DNA of 64,000 nt. Origin: Candidatus Aminicenantes bacterium. GTDB taxonomy: Bacteria; Acidobacteriota; Aminicenantia; Aminicenantales; JAFGBC01. Under the pieces are notes generated by a model that did not search any database, was not told the origin of the DNA, and saw nothing but the letters and a program-made list of their open reading frames with translations. The DNA lies in assembly GCA_963702005.1 (NCBI GenBank), contig OY969696.1, forward strand, positions 640,001-704,000. The letters are read 5' to 3'. The stretch's first letter is position 1. Each line of letters starts with the position of its first letter. This document shows positions 8,600 through 18,209 of the stretch, piece by piece. Both the position numbers and the translations under genes were made by a program.

Positions 8600-9996
8600 G
8601 AACGCTCCGGCCGAGAACGCTCGCGGCTGTCCTGATCGTCGCGCTGGTCGTTCCTTCCCTCCTGGCCGCGGCCGAGAAGCTGCCGTCGCCGGAAAAAATC
8701 GTCCTCAAAAACGGGCTTACGGTCTACTATCTCAAGAATGCCGACCTCCCCGTCGTCAGCTTCCGGATGTTTATCGTGGGCGCCGGGTCGGCCTATGAAC
8801 CGGCCGCGCTCGAGGGCGGCGCCGGCCTCACGGCCGCCATGATGATGAAGGGCGCGGCGGACATGGACGCCGACGCGGTCGCCGAGGCCGTCGAATTCAT
8901 GGGCGCGAGCCTCGATATCAGCGCGGCCGAGGAATACGCGCAGGTCAGCGGCGACAGCCTGGCCGAGCATTTCCCGCGGCTCATCGGGATCGCCGCCGAC
9001 TGCCTGACGCGGCCGGCCTTCAAGGAGGGCGAATTCGCCAAGGAGCGGTCCAACCGGATCGACCGTCTCAAAGCGGCCAAGGACAATCCCGGGCAGGCCG
9101 TCCGCCTCTATTTCCAGAAGGCCTACTTCGGGTCCCACCCGATGGGCCGGCTCGCCTTGGGGACCGAAACGTCCCTCAAGGCGATGTCCGTCCAGGCCGT
9201 GAAGGACTTCTACGCCGCGCATATCCGTCCCGATCGCGCGGTCGCGGCGGTTGTCGGCGACATCGAAAAAGCCAAGCTCGCGGAGCTTCTGGAATCGACG
9301 CTCGGCCGCTGGACGAACCCGGCCGGGGCGGCTTCGTCCCTCGCCGTTCCCGCCCTCCCCAAGCCGAAGGGCGTCAAGCTCCTGCTCGTCGACAAGCCCG
9401 ACGCCACCCAAGCCTATTTCGCGCTCGGCGCGCCGGGCTATCCGATGGGCGACGCCATAACGCCCCGGGCCGCGGTCATGAACACCCTGTGGGGAGGCCG
9501 GTTCACGTCCTGGCTCAACACCGAGCTGCGGATCAAGCGCGGCCTGACCTACGGCGCCTCGAGTTCTTTCCGGACCTGGCGGGCGGGAGGACTGTTCACG
9601 GCGACGTCCTACACGAAGAACGATAAGATCGGCGAAATGCTCGATATCACCTTCGACCTGCTCAAAAAGGGAGCGGCACAGGGGTTCGGCCCCGAGGAAA
9701 TCGAGAGCAGCCGGAACTACATCCAAGGGCAGTTTCCGCCGACCCTGGAGACCAACGCCAGCAAGGCGACCGCCTACGTCCGTCTTGCTTTTTACGGACT
9801 CGGTTTCGATTACTACGATAAATATATCGAAGAGATCGGCAAGGTCTCGGCCGATGGGGCGAAGGCCGCGGCGGCCCGCCTCCTGCCGCGGTCGGATTAC
9901 GTGCTCGTGGTGGTGGGCAAGGCGGACGACATCAGGCCCCTTTTGAAGAAATTCGGAACCTGGCAGGAGAAGAAGATCACCGATCTGGACTTTTAA
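8596..9996 (+). CDS. M16 peptidase, non-catalytic partner subunit
   Basis: No HxxEH; GGRFTSWLNTELRIKRGLTY (R/Y pair); GTGA overlap with the upstream gene. Confidence 0.9.
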   Translation: MRTLRPRTLAAVLIVALVVPSLLAAAEKLPSPEKIVLKNGLTVYYLKNADLPVVSFRMFIVGAGSAYEPAALEGGAGLTAAMMMKGAADMDADAVAEAVEFMGASLDISAAEEYAQVSGDSLAEHFPRLIGIAADCLTRPAFKEGEFAKERSNRIDRLKAAKDNPGQAVRLYFQKAYFGSHPMGRLALGTETSLKAMSVQAVKDFYAAHIRPDRAVAAVVGDIEKAKLAELLESTLGRWTNPAGAASSLAVPALPKPKGVKLLLVDKPDATQAYFALGAPGYPMGDAITPRAAVMNTLWGGRFTSWLNTELRIKRGLTYGASSSFRTWRAGGLFTATSYTKNDKIGEMLDITFDLLKKGAAQGFGPEEIESSRNYIQGQFPPTLETNASKATAYVRLAFYGLGFDYYDKYIEEIGKVSADGAKAAAARLLPRSDYVLVVVGKADDIRPLLKKFGTWQEKKITDLDF

Positions 9997-10001
9997 ATAT
10001 T

Positions 10002-10054
10002 CGGGGTCAAACCTACACTTTGTCACAAAGTGCAATAGTGTAGGTTTGACCCCG
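10002..10054. repeat. REP-like inverted repeat (GGGGTCAAACCTACACT family)
   Basis: 18-bp perfect arms cggggtcaaacctacact / agtgtaggtttgaccccg; second copy at 54439-54519. Confidence 0.9.
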
Positions 10055-10116
10055 TTTTGCGCTGTGATAGAATCAGGCCTGAATCGCGTCTGCGCGTTGA
10101 ATTGGGGAGGTCTAGA

Positions 10117-11238
10117 ATGAAAAACTCGATGTTCGGTATCGCAATCCTGGGCTTCGTTTTTATCGCGGCATTCTTCGGCCCGGCCGCGGCCCAGAAAATC
10201 GAGACGGTCAACGGCGTGACGGTCGTCTCGAACGGGATAAATCCGACGCCGCCCAAAGGACAATCGGCGGCGCTCAAGCTCGTCGAAGAGCAAACCTTCG
10301 GCCTCGGCCAGAATCCGGATGAATCCTTCTCCGAGGCGGACAATTTCGCGGTGGACGCCGCCGGGACGGTTTTCGGCCTGGACGGCAAGGACCACGGGAT
10401 CAAAGTCTTCGACCGCTCGGGAAAATTCCTGCGCCGGATCAGCCGGCTCGGGCAGGGGCCCGGCGAGCTTCAATGGCCGGGCAATATCCTGCTCACGGAC
10501 GACGACAAGTTGTTGATCAACGACCCCATCTACGGAAGGCTTTCGATCTTCAAGACCACGGGCGAGCACGTCGAGGATGTCCCGACCATCGGAAAACTGC
10601 GCTTCAACATCAGGTCGCTGGACGCCCGGGGGAACGTTTTGGGGACGGAAAATCGTGTCCTTCCCGACGATAAAACCATCCGTTACGAAATTAAAAAGTA
10701 CGACTCCCGCCTCAAGCCCTTGTTCGCGATCGACGAGATCGAGTTCGACACGCCCAAAATCAACCTCTTGGCGCTTGGGGTCAGCTGCCGGTTCGGCCGG
10801 TCCGGCAATATCTTCTACGGCCGCAACAGCGCTTATGAAATCAAGGTCCTCACTCCCGAGGGCAGGCATTTCAAGACGATCCGCAAGGATTATCGCCCGG
10901 AAAAACTCACCCCGCAGGATATCAACGAGATGCTGGAGAAGATGTCGGGCGGCCCCGGCGGGAAACCGGACAAAGACCAGTTCAGTTTCCCCGAGACCTA
11001 TCCTCCCCTTCAAGATTTCATCCTCGACGACCAGGACCGGCTCTACGTCCGCACCTACGCCAAGGGGGAGGCCAAGGGCGAGTGGGTGGTGGATGTCTTC
11101 GATCCCGAGGGTCGGTTCGTCGCGCAATTCGTTACTAAGGCGGAGCTCAAGTTCGTCAGGGACGGAAAAGCCTACGGGATCGAGGAAACGGACGACGGCT
11201 TCACCGTCATCAAGAGATACGCCCTCGTCTCAAAATAG
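10117..11238 (+). CDS. Secreted 6-bladed beta-propeller (NHL-like) protein
   Basis: Signal peptide; IKVFDRSGKFL, GQGPGEL, DVFDPEGRF repeats. Confidence 0.8.
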   Translation: MKNSMFGIAILGFVFIAAFFGPAAAQKIETVNGVTVVSNGINPTPPKGQSAALKLVEEQTFGLGQNPDESFSEADNFAVDAAGTVFGLDGKDHGIKVFDRSGKFLRRISRLGQGPGELQWPGNILLTDDDKLLINDPIYGRLSIFKTTGEHVEDVPTIGKLRFNIRSLDARGNVLGTENRVLPDDKTIRYEIKKYDSRLKPLFAIDEIEFDTPKINLLALGVSCRFGRSGNIFYGRNSAYEIKVLTPEGRHFKTIRKDYRPEKLTPQDINEMLEKMSGGPGGKPDKDQFSFPETYPPLQDFILDDQDRLYVRTYAKGEAKGEWVVDVFDPEGRFVAQFVTKAELKFVRDGKAYGIEETDDGFTVIKRYALVSK

Positions 11239-11262
11239 ACGACATCGGCCCCGAGTCTCCGG

Positions 11263-12576
11263 TCAAGTCCGCGGCAGTTTAAGGTTCAGCCACCGCTCTA
11301 ACGTCGCGTAGCACAACTCCCGCTGCTCGGGCGTGAAGTCGCGGATGCCCGCTCCGTGGTGGCCGCCCTTGACGACGATCTTGACCGCGTTCGTCCGCCC
11401 TATCAAAGGCACCGAGGTCGCGGCCCAGGTGTCGAGCTCGCCGTAGATATAGAGGACGTTCGCCGCCTCGTACTGCAGGAAGCGATAGACGAAATCCATC
11501 GTGGCGGGATTGAAAACGATTTCGACGCCCTTGGGGCAGAGGACGCGGTTGGTCGGGTTTTTCAGGGTTTTCATGACGTCCTTGAAATCGGCGATGTCGT
11601 AGTTGTAATAGCCGATTTCCGTGAACGCCTGGTACATAAAAGGCTCGAAAGCCTGTTGTCCCAGATCCGTGTAGTAGAAAAACGTATTGGCCTTTTTATA
11701 GTGCTCGAACAGCGTCGCGGCCGGCGCGTCGGGCGGAGGGATCTCGGAAGATTTAAGGGAACCTGTCTGCCAGAAGCCGAAGGAGTATTCGAGGATTCCG
11801 TATTCGTAGGCCTCCGATAATCCCAGGCCGATCGTCCACTTCATTTTTTCTGCCCATTCCTTGACCAGGGGCAGCAACTCGTCTTCCCGCTTGAACAGGG
11901 CCCTCTGGTAATCCCTGATGCGCGCCCGGGTCGCCTCGTCGCCCGCCGTCTCGAGAAACCGATAAAGCCGCGGGTCCTCCTGGGCGATATTGATGGGGGC
12001 GGAGTTAGGGACGGTCGCGTCGACGTCGTCGGGGTAGAAACACTTATAGAACAGGGCCGTCTGCCCGCCTTTGCTGACGCCCGTGCTGACCCATTTTCCG
12101 GAATACAGAGTCTTCAAGGCCGAGACGATCGCGTGGAGATCGTCGGCGGACTGCTTGACGGTCAGGAAGGCCCACTTTTTTTCGGGAGGGACGGACTTCC
12201 CGAAAAACCGGTGCTCGACGTTGATCTGGTTGGCGCCGAGGAGGCGGGTTAGCTCCCCGGCCCTGTTTCCGTAGGCCGCGTAGCCCTCCGTCACGAGGAC
12301 GACGGGCTTGTCGTAGCCGGCGTGGGAGACGAACAAGCGCTGACGGAATTTATCGGCCCCCGGATTTTGATGATCAAGCGGCTGCTCGACCATGACTTCA
12401 TAGGCTTCCTTGAACTGCTTGCCGTCGAAACGCGCCTCCTGGGCCTCGACGACTCCGGGGAGAGATCGGATTTTTCGCAGGAGCTCCGAATCCGGCTTGA
12501 CGTCCTGGGAGCGAGCCGGGACGAGGAGCAGAAGAATGCCGACGAGGACGGGAACGATGGATCTGATAACGCGCAT
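11263..12576 (-). CDS. S28/S37 family serine aminopeptidase (PS-10-like)
   Basis: QPLDH, EHRFFGKS, GVSKGG nucleophile elbow; signal peptide. Confidence 0.85.
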   Translation of the reverse strand: MRVIRSIVPVLVGILLLLVPARSQDVKPDSELLRKIRSLPGVVEAQEARFDGKQFKEAYEVMVEQPLDHQNPGADKFRQRLFVSHAGYDKPVVLVTEGYAAYGNRAGELTRLLGANQINVEHRFFGKSVPPEKKWAFLTVKQSADDLHAIVSALKTLYSGKWVSTGVSKGGQTALFYKCFYPDDVDATVPNSAPINIAQEDPRLYRFLETAGDEATRARIRDYQRALFKREDELLPLVKEWAEKMKWTIGLGLSEAYEYGILEYSFGFWQTGSLKSSEIPPPDAPAATLFEHYKKANTFFYYTDLGQQAFEPFMYQAFTEIGYYNYDIADFKDVMKTLKNPTNRVLCPKGVEIVFNPATMDFVYRFLQYEAANVLYIYGELDTWAATSVPLIGRTNAVKIVVKGGHHGAGIRDFTPEQRELCYATLERWLNLKLPRT

Positions 12577-12645
12577 AATGCACCTCTCATGCCTGGAGCG
12601 AATCGAGCCGACAATGAAAGAAAATAGCGCCTTCTCGGGAGCCGT

Positions 12646-12958
12646 GTCAACCCTTCGACACCCATACTAAGCCGTTTTCGGCTTAGTATGAGTGCTGCAA
12701 GACTGCTCCCCGGCCGAAGCTCCAGGGACTACTGCTCATTGGAGCGCCAGTACTCATGAACCGTTTCCGGTTCGTGAGTACATGAATGCCGGCACTCATA
12801 CTAAGCCTGAAACGTCTTAGTGTGAGTACTGCAAGGCTGGGCTTGTTCGGGATTAACCCTGAGCCGCGCTTCTCGTCCCCGCCTTTCAGGGCGGCACACA
12901 CGAACCGTTCCCGGTTCGTGAGTACTGCAAGGCTGGGTAGCGTCGGCGAACGGGTCAA
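12646..12958 (-). mobile_element. Copy of the 108-bp MITE expanded by four nested hairpin inserts
   Basis: Colinear with the reverse complement of 5547-5658 after removing inserts at ~12661-12707, ~12715-12781, 12793-12838 and 12895-12934. Confidence 0.85.
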
Positions 12959-13044
12959 ATTCCTTTCCCCCGATATTGGCATCTTCGTCATAATGAGTCA
13001 ATATATGAATAATAATGATGTATTGAGTGAATCAAGAGAGCGAC

Positions 13045-13305
13045 ATGAAATCGATCAGCGTTCACGGCATCGACCGAGAAACGGAAAAAGCGATCAGGGA
13101 GCGAGCTAAAGCCCGGGGCACGAGCGTCAATAAAGCCGTGAAGGAATTGATCGCGGCGTCCCTCGGCATCGGCGACCGGAGAAAGGACAAGGACAACCGG
13201 GACGAGTTCGCCGACCTTTGCGGCGTATGGACGGTCGAGGAGGCGGAACTCTTCCTCGGGGGCATCGCCGACCTCGAAACCGCCGATCCGAAGGACTGGC
13301 GGTGA
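13045..13305 (+). CDS. Antitoxin, FitA/VapB-like ribbon-helix-helix protein
   Basis: MKSISVHGID...ARGTSVNKAVKELI; GTGA overlap with a downstream PIN gene. Confidence 0.85.
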   Translation: MKSISVHGIDRETEKAIRERAKARGTSVNKAVKELIAASLGIGDRRKDKDNRDEFADLCGVWTVEEAELFLGGIADLETADPKDWR

Positions 13306-13712
13306 AGAAAGTCCTTCTCGACACGAGCGCCTATGCCCGTTTTCTCGCGGGCGACCAGAAGGTCCTGGACCGGCTCGCCAAGGCCGATCGCGTCTATATG
13401 TCGGTCTTTGTCCTGGGCGAGCTATTGGCCGGATTCCGCGCCGGCGCCAAGGAGCGGCATAACCGGCGGATCCTCGAGCGTTTCCTTTCGAAGCCCAGCG
13501 TCTCCGTGCTCGAGGCGACGACGGAAACAGCCGAATATTTCGGGATGATCAAGGCCGTCCTCCGCCATGCCGGCCGGCCGCTTCCCATCAACGCTGTTTG
13601 GATCGCGGCCCACGCGCTTGATGCCGGAGCCGTCCTCGTGACCTACGATTCCCACTTCCGCGCCGTCCCGGGTCTCCGGATTTGGGAAGAGTTCGGCGAG
13701 CCCGCGCCCTAG
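13302..13712 (+). CDS. vapC: VapC PIN-domain toxin (one conserved Asp replaced by Ala)
   Basis: LLDTSAY, VLGEL, PINAVWIAA, LVTYDSHF; GTG start. Confidence 0.9.
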   Translation: MKKVLLDTSAYARFLAGDQKVLDRLAKADRVYMSVFVLGELLAGFRAGAKERHNRRILERFLSKPSVSVLEATTETAEYFGMIKAVLRHAGRPLPINAVWIAAHALDAGAVLVTYDSHFRAVPGLRIWEEFGEPAP

Positions 13713-14155
13713 CGCCGAGCGGAAGAAGCCCGGCGGCCGGGTCGCGGCTTGGATGATTTGGACGCCCTGCGCGCCTCGTTCTCCGTGATCCGCGCTTTGA
13801 CGATCTTCGTCACGAGCGCCGCGGGAAGGGGCCGGTCGGCCGGGAATCGGATCGTGCCCTTCGACGTGTCATAGGGCTTGAGCTCTTTCCTGTGCGCGTT
13901 CATGACGGACACGCTCATGGGGAAGAAACTGCAATGGTTCTTGAAGGCGGCGAAACCCACGAGCAACCCCCCCAGCTTGAAGGACGGCATCCCCCAGCTG
14001 ATACCCTCGGTGGCTTTGGGCGCGGCGGCCCGGATCTGTTTTCGGAGCCGCTCGAGCGCGGCCCGCATGTCCGCCGGCAGCGCCGCGAGGTATCCGTCCA
14101 TGTCCTTGGCGGGACCGCTTCTCGTCGCGCTTTGTTTCGACGTCGTTTGCTTCAT
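13709..14155 (-). CDS. YdhG/DUF1801 family protein
   Basis: EGISWGMPSF, FAAFKNHCSFFP, SKGTIRFP motifs. Confidence 0.85.
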   Translation of the reverse strand: MKQTTSKQSATRSGPAKDMDGYLAALPADMRAALERLRKQIRAAAPKATEGISWGMPSFKLGGLLVGFAAFKNHCSFFPMSVSVMNAHRKELKPYDTSKGTIRFPADRPLPAALVTKIVKARITENEARRASKSSKPRPGRRASSARR

Positions 14156-14212
14156 CGTTTCCTCATTCCGAAACGAGGATAATCGCGTGCGCACGCCGCG
14201 TCAAGAGTGCTT

Positions 14213-17200
14213 TCAGTTGAGCGCTTCGATCGCCTTGAGTTTGCCGGCCAGGCGCTTGGCGCTGACCGGGACGGCCGTCTTGAGCTCCGGCGCGAAAAGC
14301 GCCACTTTGAATTCTTCGACCAGCCAGCGGAATTCCTCGACGGCCGTTTTCTTCTCCGGCGGATCGCCGGGCTTGAGTTCTTTGAGGAGTTTGTCCAGCG
14401 CCGCCAGGAAGGGAGCGGCCTGGTCGGCTTTGCTCCGGTCCTTCTCGGGGCCGTGGACGGCCCTCTCGGCCCGGACGGCAAGGGCTTCGAGGTAGCGCGG
14501 CAGGTGCTCGAGGCGGTCGAGATCGTATAGGTCGAGGAAGTGCGGCGGCAGGAGGGCATCCGCTTCGGCTCGGATCCCGGCCAGGATGGATTTAAGGACG
14601 GGGCCGGGGCGGCCCGAAGCTTCGGCCTTGGTCAGGGCGCGGCGGACTTTCTGGCGCGCCTCGAGTATCTCGAGCGTACGCTCACGGAGAATATGGCCTT
14701 TTTCGAATAATCCTTTGACCACGGTCCCGGCGTAGGCCTTGAGCTCGTCCCCGCTCCGGATGTTCTTCCGGAAAACCTCGGCGCTCAATCTCTCGGCCAT
14801 CCTCCTCTCGATGGCCGCCTTGCCCTCGAAGGGAAGATAGGCGGTCTTGGGCTCTTCGGGAAGGACGAGCGTGCGCTTGACGAACTCTAGGTCCTTTACG
14901 AACTTGGGCAGAAGCAGGGCTTCGATTCCCTTGAGGTGCGAATCGAGCGCCTCCTGCCGCGATCGGAACAGGCGGACGTTGACACCGGCGCTAACAATCT
15001 CGAGCCCCGGATAGGCGGTCGTGAAATGACCGGCCATGACGGTCTCGGGAAGCTCGCCGATGTCCAAAGTTGTGATCCCCCTCTTCTCCCACGTCGCCTT
15101 CGCACGCTTCCAATCCTCCGAGTCCTCGGGAAGCACGACGCCCCGTCCCGCTTTACGCAGCGCCTCGATGTCGCGCGAGGCCGCGATCTCCTTTCCCTCA
15201 TGATCGGTCACGGCGACCCGGACCCTGAGATGGTCGGGAACTTCGGCCTTGGCCCATTCGGCGGCCGGGATATCGACTCTGAATTTCTCCTTGACGAACT
15301 TGGCGAGAGTATCATAAAGCGAGGGGCCCGTGACCGTCATCTCCCGGACGATGACCTCGGCCTTCTCGGGCGCGGGTACGAGGAGCTTCCTGTAGCGCTT
15401 GGGAAGCCCCTTGATGAGGGCCGTGACCCTCTCCTTGTACTGGCCGGGGACTCCCCAGCTGAGTTGTTCGGCCGGGAGGCCGGCGATGAGTCCGGCCGGG
15501 ATCTTGAGCGTGACGCCGTCGTCCTTCTCGCCGGGCGCGAACCGGTAGCTCGCCTTGAGCCGCTTCCCCTCGAGCGTCAGCTCGTCCGGGAACTGCCGCA
15601 GCTCCCCTTCGTCGGGGCGGGCGCGGATGAGGTCCTTCTCGCTCATCCTGAGAAATGCGTCGCCGCCCGACTTCCTGACGCGCTGGATCAATCCGCACAG
15701 ATCGAAGACGCCGGCCAGCCGGTTCTCGTAGAACGCGGCCTGATCCTCCTCGTCGGCCAGGATGTCCCGGCGCCGCATCTTCTCCTCCATGTCGGCGACC
15801 TTGCGGACAAGCTCCAGGTTGTGGCGGAGGAAGGCGGGCGGCTCCTTGACCCGTCCCGCGACGAGCGCCTCCCGGACGAAAATAGTCTGGGCCTCGTCGG
15901 GATTGACGGGTCCGTAAGCGACGTCGCGGCCCGAAACGATTTCCAGCCCGAAGAGCGAGACCTTCTCGGTCGCCCGGACCTCGCCCCGCTCCTCGTCCCA
16001 GCGCGGGTCGAGGTGCGCATAGCGGCAGAGGTCTCCACCCAGCCTCTCGAGCCAATCCGGGTCGATCTTGGCGCACATCCGGGCGAACAGGCGTGAGGTC
16101 CGGACGATCTCCGCGGCCACGATCCAGGGCTTGGCCTTGCCGAAGAGCGCCGACCCGGGAAAGACCATGATCTCCCGGTTCTTGGCCGCCGTGTAAAAGC
16201 TCTTTTCCTTGTGGACGCCGAATTGGGAGAGAAATCCGCTCAGGATGGAGCGGTGGATCCGTCCGTAGAGGTCGGGCGTCAGCTCGGCCCGCCGGCGCCG
16301 TCCGGCCGGGATGCGCAGCTCCTCGACGATGGCCAGGATCTGGTCGTGGACGAAGATCCACTCCCGCATCCGGGTGAAGGACAGAAAATGCTCATGACAG
16401 AATTTTTTGAGCTTGGCCCAAGACGGCCGCTTCTCGGAGCCTTCGTGGAAGCGGTCCCAGATCGCAAGGAGCGTCAGGAAATCGGAATCGGGATGGCGGA
16501 AGACGAGCTGGGCGGCATCGGCGGCATCAACCTGGTCGGGCGGACGCTCGCGCGGGTCGCGAATGCTGAGGGCGGCGGCGATGACGGCCGTCTCGGCGAG
16601 GCACCCTTCCTCGGACGCCTCGAGGAGCATCCGGCTGATCCGGGGGTCGAGGGGCATCCGGGCCATGCGGCGTCCGAGGTCGGTCAGGCGGACTTCGCGC
16701 GCCTCCCCGGTCGTGGCGCCCAGCTCGGCCAGCTCCTCGTAGCCGTCCTTGACGGCCTTGGCCTGGGGCCGGTCCACGAAGGGAAAGTCCAGGGGGTGGC
16801 CGAGCCGGAGGTCGATCATGCGCAGGATGACCTCGGCCAGGTTGGAGCGGAGGATTTCGGGCGGCGTGAAGCGGGGCCGCGCCTCGTAGTCGTCCAGGGA
16901 ATAGAGCCGGATGCAGTGCCCGGCCGCGACCCGGCCGCAGCGGCCCTTGCGCTGGTCGGCGCTCGAGCGCGAGACGGGGCTGATCGGGAGGCTGTTGATC
17001 CGGGTCCCTGGTTGGTATTGGGCGATCCGGGCCAGGCCGGTGTCGATGACGAAGCGGATGCCCGGGATGGTCAGCGATGTCTCGGCGACGTTAGTGGCGA
17101 CGACGATCTTGGGCCCGGTCACGGAATAGACGCGTCCCTGTTGGGCGGCCGGGAGTCGCGCATAGAGGGGGAGGACGGTCATGCCCGGGGTGCGCTTTCC

Positions 17201-17950
17201 CTCCAGCCGTTCGCATGTCTCGAGAATGTCCTGCTCGGTCGGCATGAAGATGAGGATATCGCCTGCAAGGCGTCGCGACTTGAGCCGCTCGACGGCTTTG
17301 ACGGCTAGGTCAACGTAATCGCTCTCGTCGATGCCGGGCAAGGCCTCGGCCGGCAGATACTCGACCTCGACCGGGTAGAGGCGGCCGCCGATCTCGATGA
17401 CCGGCGCCCCGGGGAAAGCGCGGCTGAAGGTCTCGACGTCGAGGGTGGCCGAGGTGATGATGAGACGGAGGTCGCGACGGCGCGGGAGGAGCGTTCGGGC
17501 GATGCCGAGCAGGAAGTCGATGTTGAGGCTCCGCTCGTGGGCCTCGTCGATGATGAGCGTTCCGTAGGCCGCGAGGCTCGGGTCGGACTGCGTTTCGGCC
17601 AGGAGCATCCCGTCCGTCATGATCTTGATCAGGGTTCGGGGCGAGGTCTTGTCCTGGAAGCGGATCTTGTAGCCGACCGTTGAGCCTAAGGACTCGCCCA
17701 TCTCCTCTGCTATCCGGTAAGCGATCGTGACGGCCGCGATACGGCGCGGCTGGGTGCAGCCGACGAGCCCGACCTCTGCGCGCCCGGCCTCGATACACAT
17801 TTTCGGGATCTGCGTGCTCTTCCCGCAACCCGTCTCCCCGCAGATAATGACGACGCGGTTGTGTTTGATGGCCCGGACGATCTCCCCCCGATGAGCCGTG
17901 ATCGGCAGCTCCTTCGGGTAGCGGAGGACTGGCGTCCGCGTCGTTTCCAT
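14213..17950 (-). CDS. hrpA: ATP-dependent RNA helicase HrpA
   Basis: GETGCGKST, DEAHERS, SAT, QRKGRCGR, HA2 region, C-terminal EEFKVALFAPEL; 1245 aa. Confidence 0.96.
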   Translation of the reverse strand: METTRTPVLRYPKELPITAHRGEIVRAIKHNRVVIICGETGCGKSTQIPKMCIEAGRAEVGLVGCTQPRRIAAVTIAYRIAEEMGESLGSTVGYKIRFQDKTSPRTLIKIMTDGMLLAETQSDPSLAAYGTLIIDEAHERSLNIDFLLGIARTLLPRRRDLRLIITSATLDVETFSRAFPGAPVIEIGGRLYPVEVEYLPAEALPGIDESDYVDLAVKAVERLKSRRLAGDILIFMPTEQDILETCERLEGKRTPGMTVLPLYARLPAAQQGRVYSVTGPKIVVATNVAETSLTIPGIRFVIDTGLARIAQYQPGTRINSLPISPVSRSSADQRKGRCGRVAAGHCIRLYSLDDYEARPRFTPPEILRSNLAEVILRMIDLRLGHPLDFPFVDRPQAKAVKDGYEELAELGATTGEAREVRLTDLGRRMARMPLDPRISRMLLEASEEGCLAETAVIAAALSIRDPRERPPDQVDAADAAQLVFRHPDSDFLTLLAIWDRFHEGSEKRPSWAKLKKFCHEHFLSFTRMREWIFVHDQILAIVEELRIPAGRRRRAELTPDLYGRIHRSILSGFLSQFGVHKEKSFYTAAKNREIMVFPGSALFGKAKPWIVAAEIVRTSRLFARMCAKIDPDWLERLGGDLCRYAHLDPRWDEERGEVRATEKVSLFGLEIVSGRDVAYGPVNPDEAQTIFVREALVAGRVKEPPAFLRHNLELVRKVADMEEKMRRRDILADEEDQAAFYENRLAGVFDLCGLIQRVRKSGGDAFLRMSEKDLIRARPDEGELRQFPDELTLEGKRLKASYRFAPGEKDDGVTLKIPAGLIAGLPAEQLSWGVPGQYKERVTALIKGLPKRYRKLLVPAPEKAEVIVREMTVTGPSLYDTLAKFVKEKFRVDIPAAEWAKAEVPDHLRVRVAVTDHEGKEIAASRDIEALRKAGRGVVLPEDSEDWKRAKATWEKRGITTLDIGELPETVMAGHFTTAYPGLEIVSAGVNVRLFRSRQEALDSHLKGIEALLLPKFVKDLEFVKRTLVLPEEPKTAYLPFEGKAAIERRMAERLSAEVFRKNIRSGDELKAYAGTVVKGLFEKGHILRERTLEILEARQKVRRALTKAEASGRPGPVLKSILAGIRAEADALLPPHFLDLYDLDRLEHLPRYLEALAVRAERAVHGPEKDRSKADQAAPFLAALDKLLKELKPGDPPEKKTAVEEFRWLVEEFKVALFAPELKTAVPVSAKRLAGKLKAIEALN

Positions 17951-17977
17951 GCTCTATATTTTATCAAATTACTTGAG
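17936..17977. repeat. Imperfect ~40-bp direct repeat (hrpA -10 box plus first codons), copy 1
   Basis: ccgcgtcgtttccatgctctatattttatcaaattacttgag versus ccgcgtcgattccatacgctccattttatcaaattaatgag at 24883-24923. Confidence 0.7.
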
Positions 17978-18033
17978 CATTTTATTTATAAACTCCGTCT
18001 CCGCCTCAATTCAGGTTCTTGACAATCGCTGCT

Positions 18034-18128
18034 GCCTAACGAGCGCTTGCCGTAGATCTGCCTTTGCTTCGCTTTGGTGGGCCGCGAAAGCGCGACGCTG
18101 GGCGCTAACCTGCAAGTGCTTGTAAGGA
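18034..18128 (+). other. Degenerate integron attC-like hairpin
   Basis: GCCTAAC (R'' consensus) followed by gagcgcttgc, which pairs with gcaagtgctt followed by GTAAGGA (eroded GTTAGGC). Confidence 0.4.
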
Positions 18129-18209
18129 AGCCAAGTTAGACAATTCCTTGGACATGACTCTCCCGCTGCCTCCGGGATATAATAACAAGACGATTTCCAG
18201 AGAGGTCGA

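Noticed and set aside
8494-11127. 877-aa minus-strand ORF and similar long antisense ORFs (44261-46288, 50445-52070, 55210-57087)
   Set aside because: Antisense shadows of well-supported genes, typical of high-GC codon bias.
12683-13109. Small ORFs across 12683-13109
   Set aside because: Translations of the nested MITE; they share peptide text with the lpxR insert only because of the repeat.
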